NCBI RefSeq assembly: GCF_964204645.1
Contig: NC_134032.1
Location: 310,001-374,000, forward strand
Source: Tubulanus polymorphus
Lineage: Eukaryota; Animalia; Nemertea
Direction of reading: 5' to 3'
Length of the DNA: 64,000 nucleotides
Shown here: positions 24,903-35,464 of the stretch, piece by piece
How positions within the stretch are numbered: the stretch's first letter is position 1
Layout of the letters: each line of letters starts with the position of its first letter
The notes under the pieces: model-generated
Databases searched by the model: none
What the model saw: the letters and a program-made list of their open reading frames with translations, nothing else
Told to the model about the DNA's origin: nothing
Program-made: the position numbers and the translations under genes

Positions 24903-27544
24903 TTAAATTTTCATTGAAGCATTCTCGGCGTTCACTGCGCGTTTCTTCGACCGTGGGATAGTGGCGCGGTAGGTCACCGAGCCGTCAGCATTGAGGAAAC
25001 ATTGACAGTTGCTGCGGTAGATTCCTCTCATGACGCACGGGAAATGACTCGAGTTCATCGCTACGCACGTGTTATGAGCCGTCATACATTCTACAAACAT
25101 GTGCAGGAAATATGGAAGTGTTAGTTTATCATCAATAAATCATGTAAAAGTGAATGGAATGAACTAAATCGACTGTGGCAAGCGAGGATTCACCTAGCAA
25201 CATGCTACGATCCACCAGATGATAAAAGTAAAGAATCCAGTTCCACACTTGCCGTATTGCTGCAGTAGTTGATGTCCTACTGCACACTAGTGACACCTGG
25301 TGGATCCTCATCTGCCACAAGTGGAATCCTCTATTGCCGCAGTAGTTGATGTCCTACTGCACACTAGCGATACCTGGTGGATCATCACTTGTCACAAGTG
25401 GAATCCTCTATTGCCGCAGTAGTTGGTGTCCTACTACAAACTAGCGACACCTGGTGGATCCTCACTTGCCACAAGGGGAATATTTCATTGCTGCAGTAGC
25501 GTTGGGGAATCCCCCATTCAACCTCATAATGCAACGAAAGTCGAATTAAACAATTTTAGTTTGAATTACAGGTGAAAGTCGATTGAAAAAGGGCTTAATT
25601 CGGATGAACGTTCTACAAAAGCCTGTTCCAATCTTCAAAATCGCTGATTTAAAATTGTTCCACTTTCACCTATAAAAACTTACGTGTTCTGATGCGCTTT
25701 CCGTAAACGTATTTATTCGAACTAGTGCAGATATACTCGACACAGTTTTCCAAATAAGTTTGTCCCAACCGAGCGCATCCTTTATTCGTTTGGCAACCTA
25801 TAGATAACGCAGGAACAAAGTGACAGTTTTACAGAATCGTTGAAATCATTCAGAATTAGAAGGTCGTCTTGGTTAAAATGGCGTCGCATCGATTCGACTT
25901 CTGATTTCCCAAATCAAACCTCCTGATTCGCTGCCGGCAGGTGTGGTGGGTTTGTAAGGGACATAGGATTTAAATCAGAAAGATAAGTGTCAGATGAACA
26001 GGATCATAAAGTTATTCTATCCGGATAATTTCAGTAAGATTACTAGCCCCTAACAGAATTCTAGTACCCTCGAAATACTGGATAAATCAAACCTTGATAA
26101 GAGGGACTATCATCCCCCGCCCCCGCCTTACTTCAAAATGCAATAAATACCTCGCCTGTTTATCATAAGCGAATGATTGTTTCCGGTTCCACGGCAGACG
26201 TAACTATTACAACCGTGTTGATAGGTTTGACCTGGTTGAATACATTCCCCAGTTCGCAATTTACATCCTGGCAAAAACAACAAATGATTTCACATCCTCT
26301 TAATCATCAGACTTCGGGTTATCTCGTTTATATGTACATACACGCATTTGCAATAGCTGTCAACAAAATTGCGACGGTGTATAACGTCTATATTCTCTGA
26401 GACACGTACCTCCACTAGTGCTGCGCAATGTTTTGTAGTTTCCGTTTAGTAGACACGTGTATTTAACGCAGTCTCTGGTTATCGATTGACCGACTCCTAA
26501 ACATCCTCCTCCGGACAGCGAACAAGCTACAAAAAGAACCCCAGAAAAATATGGATACTTAATTAGCTCGGAATTCAGATCTTGTAAATATTTTAATGAC
26601 TTTTCGTATAAATCATGATTCAATGGATTATTTCGTCCTGTGTGCGGTTAGCTCAGTTGGTCGATTTGAGGACTGGGATCAAAGTCCCTAGTTCAAAACC
26701 ACCTCTGGCTTTGGCTGTTGAAAGACACAGTTGGACCTATAGCTCTGCTACAACCTTAGTCAGGTTGTGAGCCATTATTACCCGCTACTTACTATCACAA
26801 TTGCAGGCAAACCATGACGTCAGTATAGTATCGTTTAGGGGAGGAACGATTGGAATACTGACCTTTTTGAATTGGTTTCAATGCGATGTATCCGTTTCCG
26901 GTTTCACATCGATAAGTTGTACAACCAGTGGTCGTTATTTCGCCATTCCGTAAACAACTACCATCATTCAAATCGCACCCTGATAGGACGGAAGAGAAGA
27001 CCAGAAAATCAGTAAACAATAGATGAAGTACTCGTGACGTAAATCAACTGAACGCGATCTGTGTAGTAAAATCTAGTATAATACAACCAATAGATGACTA
27101 ATGCGCCATCTATATGATTTCAAGTATAACATATCGTATAAAATTCCTTATTTTTGCATGTATCAATCTTCGGTTCGGTTTACTACAACTGGGACTATTT
27201 GTTTAGACACGAGAATGCGAAGGAATCGGTTTTATTTTCTAATTCAAATAAAGCAATCTTTCGTTGATGTTATATGAAAGCTTAAGAAAATGGTTACCTC
27301 TAGAAATCGCTACTGTTCGTCCCGCGCTACACGTATACCGGGTACATCTATAAACCCATTGCCCACCTTCATAGTGAGTTCCCGAACCATCGGTACAAAC
27401 TTTCAATATAAAACATGATAGCATCATCGGGAACGGAGTTTTTATTGATCATTTAAATTGAGTGCAATATTTACCTGTTTGACAAAGTGCGAAACCGAAT
27501 GAAGACACGATCAATATCGAGATGGATAAACTAATCTTATACAT
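24903..27544 (-). CDS. Secreted 274-aa Cys-rich modular protein (tandem FnI/VWC-like mini-domains)
   Basis: Exons 27544-27475 (signal), 27399-27298, 26979-26863, 26526-26410, 26267-26151, 25797-25684, 25090-24903; all introns GT-AG phase 1; repeated (G/A)C-x4-6-C-x3-G-x6-C-x2-Y-x-C modules. Confidence 0.85.
25255..25502 (+). repeat. ~76-bp tandem repeat x3 with CTCF-like core
   Basis: tattgccgcagtagttgatgtcctactgcacactagcgacacctggtggatcc...; related fragments at ~31293 and ~59460. Confidence 0.8.
26642..26795 (+). mobile_element. Degenerate tRNA-derived SINE
   Basis: A box tagctcagttgg and B-box-like agttcaaaacc, no intact cloverleaf; intronic. Confidence 0.55.
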
Positions 27545-27582
27545 GCTTATTATCTGAAAGAAGATAGTGACGCGAATATTCA

Positions 27583-27960
27583 GGATCCAGTTCCACAGTT
27601 GGGAGTTAGAGTTAACTCTGAACTCCAGATCCAGTACTACAGTAGTGAGTCTCAAGATCCAGTTCTACAGTTATTGGTGAGTTAACTCTGAACTCAGGAC
27701 CCAATTCCACAGTTGTGAAGGGGTCCAGTTCCACACTACACAGTTTTGAACCAGAGCAAACTCTGAACTCAGGTTCCAGTGAATTAACAGTTGACTCTGA
27801 ACTCAGGTTCCAGTGAATTAACAGTTGACTCTGAACTCAGGTTCCAGTGAATTAACAGTTGACTCTGAACTCAGGTTCCAGTGAATTAACAGTTGACTCT
27901 GAACTCAGGTTCCAGTGAATTAACAGTTAACTTCCAGTAGCACAGTTTCAATTAGAAATT
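27583..27960 (+). repeat. MITE-end-derived repeats, including a 34-bp unit x5
   Basis: ggatccagttccacagttgggagttagagttaactctg followed by (actctgaactcaggttccagtgaattaacagttg)x5 at ~27760-27935. Confidence 0.8.
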
Positions 27961-29229
27961 AACTCTAAGTTAAAACTAATACATTTTGCGACGAGTTCGC
28001 TCTGTCTCTTTACTCTCAGAACATTTGGTTCAGATGCGCAATGTTAATGTAGGCCTAAATCTTATTTCGGATTAGTGTCACGTAGAAGAAAAATCTGTAT
28101 CGATAATAACAGACCCCAGGCCAAGTTGCACAATAAGACAACTGAAGTCCTTATTACAACTTTGAAACCCGGTCTAAGATTTAATTCGACCTCAATGCGT
28201 GAAAATAGACTGCAACTCGGGTGGTGAAATAGGCCTACATGGTTTGAGATACAATACACGGTAGACTGATAATAAATTCTATCATTTGTGAAATGTGTCT
28301 TGGAATTATGAATTTGGCAGAGATAAGTGATAAACAGAACCCTAACGATAGGAAACAAGTTAATACTTCACGCTTTTCCTGTTGAGTAGCAGTTTATCCG
28401 TGCGTCGCAATCCGCTGAGACAGGAATAACAGAAAAACGCCGCATTATTTAGACTCGATATAATTATCATCATCATCATCATCATACTAATATAGGGTTA
28501 CGTAGTAATCATCAATATTGACGATAGACGCATAACGGTATTCGCGGTTAAGTTATGTCGGTCAATGATATCAAAATAAGCTTTCGCAGAATGTAATTAA
28601 TTGTACAACTACAACTCCGCAATCTATCAAATACCGAAAAAAAAGATCAACGATTTGTTTACTGGTAACAACCCGAAATTTACCCCTAGTCGGACCGAGA
28701 CCGCACGTACTACGGTTAGTTCAGATATATCAGATATACCTTTTTGTCGACGGTCGCTTGGCGTCAACGTATTTTGATAATTGAATATGGCTACCAGTCA
28801 GCCATCTTGAATGAATGAATGAGTCCATGTCTAAAATCGCTAGGGACCACCATCTATAAGCCTTACGTCTTCCATGTAGGAAATCTAAGATTCTGTACTT
28901 CAAAACTGTAGCAGGGCTTGAATACAAATTTAGATTTAAAACTATTTCAATTTCTGGCTATGTCTATTAGAGTTTTCGATACTTATAACACGATCTATTT
29001 TTTATTTATTCATTCAGTTCGGTTAGTTTTTTTTATTTCGCATAGATATGCTGGTATATGATTATCTTTAGGGTGAATATGAGGCTAACGTTGTTTGTGC
29101 GCGCTGAGATGACAAGCATTGTTACAAGCCCCCGGGTTACCAGCATTTTGCTTCCTGGGCGCCTTCATTGACGTTAAAAATTGCTGTAACGCATTTACAG
29201 GTTTTTCTTAATTTTATCTATAAACATTG

Positions 29230-29357
29230 GGGCCAGTTGCTCAAAAGTAGATTAAAGATAATCGATGTATAAATACCATAGAAACAATGGATTTTCAATT
29301 GTCACTATGTTAACTATCCACTGGTTAACTCTAACCTACTTTCGAGCAAATGACCCA
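29230..29357. mobile_element. Short MITE
   Basis: Imperfect TIR gggccagttgctcaaaagtagatta / taacctactttcgagcaaatgaccc. Confidence 0.55.
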
Positions 29358-29718
29358 CGATTGTTATGACTCAGTGTAAATAAAGATAATTATCAATATT
29401 ATTAATGTGTTATTCTATATTCAGGCTATGTGTGCGGTCAAAACGTCAGGACATGCATTTGATAACCTGAAATACAAGATCTATCTATACGAACACGCAC
29501 GTGCCCCGACATTTGTTACTGGAATTTCCTAGAATTTTATCGATTGTTGATATTTCTGGGAAAATAATCGTTAAAGCTCTTTACGATGATATCAGCTGTT
29601 CCACACGCCGTAGACCCAGGGGACTCAACAGCTGGTTTATTGTGGACTGCAACAACCGTATCGTGTCGCATTATTTCTACCAATATCCATACGGTACATT
29701 TAGTATTTTAAGGTTATA

Positions 29719-32700
29719 ATGGTAGGATTTATCGGAGCGGGGCGAATGGCCCAGGTTTTATCGGGGTCTATAACGAAAAGAGGTAAAGTAATTGATGACG
29801 TGGTCGAGGGCGTTTATTCTACTCATAGATATATATTATGTAATAATATAAAATCCCTGCACACTAAGAATAAAAAGAGTCTGAAATGTTTCCTTGAGCT
29901 AGTGTAGTTTATTCAACGTTTCAACTATATCCTAATAGTCATCTTCAGGAATACTGTTTTCCTTGAGCTAGTGTAGTTTATTCAACGTTTGGACTCCTTT
30001 TGTCTATATTCTAACAGTCGTTTTCAGGAATTATTCCGATTGTGGGATTTTATATTATCTTGATCAAAGTGTTTCATCAATGGTTCATATACGTTTGAAT
30101 TTTCAGGCCTCATCAAACCAGAAAATGTCATTTCAAGCGATGTAATACCAAAAATGCTCAAACAAATCGGGGTAAGTTATGTAGCAAGCGCTGTAACAGT
30201 ATAAGAAGACATGGGCGTGAACACCTGTCCATGAAGTTGTCCAGAAGTGATGTGGTCTCGTGCATAAAGGCTTCTGGACACTGGCAGAACGGACGGACCG
30301 GTTATTCAAACCCTAAACGATGCACGAAACCAAATATTCAAAACAGATTTGACTAGAATGATGACATATGCCACGGTGAAGACGGATTCACGCAAACTAG
30401 CTCGCAGAACACTTTACCTCATACCTCGAATGCATCCTCGCTTGCCAGGGTTTGAAATCCTGGCCGAAAACCCTTCATTGGTCTATTACATCATGACTTC
30501 TTGACAGGTTTCTGCTCAGTGCCCACCGGTCTATATATCTAGCCAATCAGATGCGTAGTATTTATAGAGCAAACTTGCCGGTAAAAACTGATTGGCTAGA
30601 TGTATTTAGACTGGTGGGCGCTGAGCGTTAACCTGTCCGCCCAAGAAATCCTGGGCGATGTAATAGACCAATGAAGGGTTTGCGGTCAGAGTTTGTGTTG
30701 GTGGGCGGCAATAAAACCCTGGTAAGCGAGGATGCCTTGTGTGAGACGCGACCATACACAACTTTCCTATAGATCTGTAAGGAATAGTTGAACCATCTTA
30801 TCAACTTGACCCCTAACTTGACCTGACTGACCATAGGTTGTAGCACGCGACCGTTGACCAGCGCAGACTAAAACCGATTGTCCACTGTAAAAGACCCAAC
30901 AACTGCGTAATTGTTTTTAACTTACGGGATAGCCGTAGCCCCAGGTCAAGTATATAGTATCACCATGTAGAAATCACCATCATACAAACACTGAGTTTTA
31001 AGTCATCTTGTTACCGCTTGCCGTGGGATACCGACACGCCATCTATCCCGTCAGATGGCGCCACTGAGATATCAGACGCACTCGATCAAAAAAAGTTCAT
31101 TTTCAAGTTGCTTTGATCTCAATTTTCGGGCTTCCAATCCAAAAATTGGGCAAATCACGCATCGAAATATACACCGATTTAATCTTTAGAGTTCATATGT
31201 GCCATGATTTTGATATATCATGCATAGATTTTGAAAAATCATTTTTAGATTTTAATTGAGTTCGAGAAGAAATCCGGCGTCGACGTCGTATTGTACACTA
31301 GCGACACCTGGCTAAAAGAATCCACGGTTATAACTGTAGTAACTATTATTAACTGTTCAGTTTTCTCCATCTGACAGGCGCTGGGAGTGAAGACGACAAC
31401 CGATAACAAAGAAGTCGTACGAACGTCTAAGATAGTTTGTCTGGCGGTGAAACCGATCGTCGTCGCTCCGATACTGCGAGAAATCTCGACGGAAGTAACA
31501 CGTGACCATCTGATCGTATCGATCGCCGCCGGTGTGTCGACGCGAACGCTGGAACGAGTAGGTGTTTATATTTTGAGGGCGGGGATGTTGCGAGGGGTTG
31601 ATAAAGGGTTCTTTCCCATTGAGGTCAACTTCTTTTTGTCAAGGCTCGTTAAAACCTGCAATTAACTAAATATAACTTGTCATTAGGATAATTTGTATTT
31701 TCTAATTCAATTTACAAGTACTAAGTGTAAGTCTTCATTTGGATAAGTTGTCACATCACTGAAGTCATCTCAATATTTGAGTCTCAATTTATATTTCTAA
31801 TTCAATTCACTAAGTGTAAGTCTTCATTTGCATAAGTCGTCACATGACTGAAGTCATCTCAATATTTGAGTCTCAATTTGTATTTCTAATTCAATTTACT
31901 AAGTGTAAGTCATCATTTGGATAAGTCGTCACATGACTGAAGTCATCTCTATTTTTGAGTCACATTTTTAGTATTTCTAATTCAATTTACTAAGTGTAAG
32001 TCGTCATTTGGACGAATCATCAAAATAATGACCATCACAACTACAACGACCTGCACTTGAACAGTGAATTTAACTGTATGAGGAAGGTTTCATGTAATGA
32101 CTCGGTTTATGTTTGTTTTTTGTTACAGTTGTTACCTCCTCAGTCTCGAGTCGTGCGAGTTATGACGAACACGCCGTGTCTGGTAAACGAGGGCTGCAGT
32201 GTATTCTCGCCCGGTCAACACGCGTTACCCGCAGATCTGGAAACGGTCAGCAAACTATTCAGTAATGTGGGAATATGCGAGGACGCCCCGGAGTATCTGA
32301 TGGATACAGTAACCGGTCTCAGCGGTAGCGGACCTGCTTATGTAAGTCAGATGATTTTCTTAAGATATTTTGTCCGCTTAAGGCCTAGAAATATCTGCAA
32401 CAAGCCACGAAATTTGTCTTTTTCACGTTTAAGCTAGGCCCACCCTGACAGTTCGTAGTATAGGGTATTACTGCGTATTACACGTAGGCCTTCAATATAA
32501 CTCCCATGTTAATTTACGGAACCACAATTATACCAGTCAAACCATGCAACATGACGAAATTTTAGAGTAAGGTGCCACTAAGGGATGTACCCAGCACCCT
32601 CAACCCGCTAAGCGCCACGCAGGGCACTTAGCGGGTTCGATTTTTATTTTTCCCAATGTGGAGAGACCAGAGAAGAACCTTCGACCAAGAAATTCTGTCG

Positions 32701-33930
32701 CCACCAGGGTTTGAACCCATAAAACCCTGGATTGACGAGACCAGTGACCGGCGGCTTAGACCACTGCGCCTCTCCTAACCCACTCCCAGGGTTACTTGTG
32801 ACTGTAATGTCAAACTGTCGGGGTATAGTTTTCTTAAGTAAGGTTATAGTGTAATATTCTGAGGAATGGCGCAAGCGGCCGTGAACACAAGAAGTAAACA
32901 TTTCCCGGAGTTGAATAAATGCCAGTACCTTTGATAACCACTAGATGGCGAATTAGTGAAATCTAGCTTGATACGCAACCCTCAAGCGACAGGCATGTCT
33001 AACAGTAGAATCTGCGCTCTACATCTCTCTAGGTGGCAGGTTAGTCGAGCGAGCACGTTGGATTCAAACTAAAAAACCGTGTTTATATTTTTTCAGGCTT
33101 ATGTTGCAGTAGAAGCGCTGGCAGATGGCGCTGTAGAGATGGGTTTGACCCGAGAAACAGCTCAACGTTTGGCCGCTCAGGCGATGCTTGTATGTATTAT
33201 AAATACCTTCTAGTAAGCATGATATTGTCAGAAATACAGCGGGCAATTTCCATTTCTGTGGAATCATGACAGAGCAAAAGCTCTTCTGAGCTTCGCGGTA
33301 TACGGCATTCAAAGGGGGGATCGAAATTTATTGACAGAGACTTTTCTAGATTTTTTACACATTAACACATTTTCAAGATTTTCTTAATTTCGTCAAACAT
33401 TTTTGATTTTACGGCAAAACACCATTGTAATCACTTTATTTCTACAGCTGCCGGGTCTGTTACGGTTAGCTTGATCATGATTTAAAAAAAAAGTTATGTG
33501 CAGGGTAGATAGGCGGCCGGCCGTGCGAACTTTGAAAAAAAGGTTTAAACTTTTAACTTCATAGAAGCATTTTTCGTATGAATCGGAACCTCGCATTAGA
33601 TAAAAGTGAGTTGCATGAAATGGCAAACAGATCGAAGAGGCAAGAAGAGAAGGGGCAAATACGTCCCAGAATCTGGAAAATCATCTCCAGGATTCACTAA
33701 ATGACTATGAATTCAATCGTTACTTGCAGGGCGCAGCTAAGATGGTGCTCGAAACCGGCAAGTCGCCCGGTCAACTAAAAGACGAAGTATGCTCGGCAGG
33801 TGGCACCACTATCGCCGCTATACATAGTTTGGAGAAGGGCGGATTCCGAGGTGTGTTAATGGACGCCGTGGTCAAATCGACTATACGATCAAGAGAAATA
33901 GGAAAGAAACTGAACGATGATTATGATTAG
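29719..33930 (+). CDS. PYCR: Pyrroline-5-carboxylate reductase (271 aa)
   Basis: Exons 29719-29782, 30107-30171, 31378-31557, 32129-32341, 33097-33189, 33730-33930; motifs [54 protein letters not shown]. Confidence 0.96.
29844..30084 (-). mobile_element. Partial copies of the hammerhead repeat in PYCR intron 1, with an inverted fragment
   Basis: Matches the 167-bp unit (- strand) at 29844-29990; a plus-oriented fragment (gggattttatattatc...gtgtttcatcaatggtt) lies at ~30043-30085. Confidence 0.75.
30433..30734. mobile_element. Foldback MITE with CATCCTC termini (Mutator-like)
   Basis: catcctcgcttgccagggttt / aaaccctggtaagcgaggatg plus ~120-bp imperfect arms; flanks cctcgaatg / ccttgtgtg (6/9). 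Confidence 0.7.
31691..32012 (+). repeat. ~89-bp tandem repeat, ~3.5 copies
   Basis: Same family as 4742-4900. Confidence 0.85.
32641..32785 (-). mobile_element. tRNA(Leu/Ser)-like SINE with A-rich tail
   Basis: Reverse strand reads aggcgcagtggtctaag (A box) ... gggttcaaaccc (B box) ... gaaaaataaaaa. Confidence 0.6.
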
Positions 33931-34184
33931 AACTATTTGTAACCGATTTAAGAAAACGGGAAAAAGCAAAATAAACCGGAAAAATAAACATTTTAAATAT
34001 GGCTGCAAAGCAGCGATACAGAGTTTCAAAAATATACCGGTATATCAAGAAATATATACTACTAGCTGAACTCCCATAAAATGGACGGCTTTCTCGTTGG
34101 GCGCATCGTCGTGTTGGTCGAAGGCACACACCCTTCTCCCCTTCGCACAATCCCGAGTTCTGAAATATTACTTTAAGTCGTTAT

Positions 34185-35141
34185 TTATGTTTTGAACAAA
34201 TTTAACAACGTTTTTCTGAATTGTTTGTTCACGATTGTGTAAAGTATGAAATTTACACAAGAATTGAATATTGATGAAATCTGGTAAATAAACATTAAAA
34301 CGTCTTGGTAAAATACAGATACATCTTTTCCTCCGATCTTTCCGAAGAAACCCGGAAGTTCTAGAACAGTAAATGCAATACTCATCGAAAGCACCATTTT
34401 AGTAGATTTCGTTTGATTTTGAGATGTTGAGATTTTAGACGCTGACAAAGTTTTGCGATGCTTGCTTTTGACGTACAAAACAATTATAAGAGTTATGTTT
34501 GTCGTGAAAACTAAGATATTGGCAAGAACAACGCGGATGATCGGGTCGATATATTTGTTCATCAGCTTGTAAATCATTTTATAGGCCCCGGTAGTGTAAT
34601 ATCCGTAATGAAGAAATCGGAATCCATAATATCTTCTATTCAATTTCACCCTCATTGTTATAGGGTAATAAGCTCCTAGCGCCATTGATACTATACCCGT
34701 AATGATGATAAGCTGCTTAAAGCTGCGCTTAACTTGGAGCGGAAAAATTATAGTCAACAATCTTTCGCATTGAATTATAACGGTTAAATAATTCCGAAAC
34801 ACGAGGAATCCTAAGCAAAACAAACTTCCCCATATGCTTAATTCTATCGGAGAAATTCGGTAATTAGGAAATTTTTTGATCGAGTCGCCGAATCGCGCGT
34901 AGTGAATGTAATAACGAACTGGATCCTGAATGAACCTTGACAGTAAAAACACGATGTCGACGAGCGCGAGGAGTTTCAGTAAATCGAAGCAGCGGTTTTT
35001 AGTTTTTAGTTTGTAAAATACGACGATAACCAACAGGTTGAATGTAGCGCCGACTGTGATCAGTGGAGGTAAAATGTACGCTTTCAGGTACCACATATAC
35101 TCCCTTAGTGGATTGTAAAAGTAAACTCGAGTTTTGTTCAT
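34185..35141 (-). CDS. Intact intronless 7TM GPCR (318 aa), FMRFamide-receptor/Srw-like
   Basis: ATG at 35141 (MNKT glycosylation sequon); GATFNLLVI, LALVDIVFL, RNYLTVIIQCERLL, FTVLELP, FNSCVNFILY, FRK. Confidence 0.85.
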   Translation of the reverse strand: MNKTRVYFYNPLREYMWYLKAYILPPLITVGATFNLLVIVVFYKLKTKNRCFDLLKLLALVDIVFLLSRFIQDPVRYYIHYARFGDSIKKFPNYRISPIELSIWGSLFCLGFLVFRNYLTVIIQCERLLTIIFPLQVKRSFKQLIIITGIVSMALGAYYPITMRVKLNRRYYGFRFLHYGYYTTGAYKMIYKLMNKYIDPIIRVVLANILVFTTNITLIIVLYVKSKHRKTLSASKISTSQNQTKSTKMVLSMSIAFTVLELPGFFGKIGGKDVSVFYQDVLMFIYQISSIFNSCVNFILYTIVNKQFRKTLLNLFKT

Positions 35142-35180
35142 TGTTTCCAACCGGTCGGTTTGGTCTTCAGCGGTTCTCTC

Positions 35181-35464
35181 CAAACCATTATCTAAACTGA
35201 AACATTCGCATTAGTTACATTCATAAATTTACACCATCGGAAAATAAATCATCAAAACACAAGCTATTTTAGTTATCAGTATGAATAATCTCATTAGGTT
35301 TACATTCAAAACTTTGACGACAGACGTTACGCGTTAAAGCTGAAACCAGTGAAATTCATTTGTGATTATTTTCAGTGTAAATAGCTGTATCTGTTGTGTG
35401 TGCATCCAATTCCTTCGGGGTAGAAGTTGAAAAGCTGAATCGGCGAAACTTCTGGAATTCGTGA
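35181..35464 (+). repeat. Left copy of ~280-bp direct duplication flanking the satellite
   Basis: Near-identical to 55052-55321, which lacks ~14 bp. Confidence 0.92.

Noticed and set aside
35142-35183. N-terminal extension of the GPCR given by the ORF track
   Set aside because: Starts at TTG; the first in-frame ATG is at 35141.
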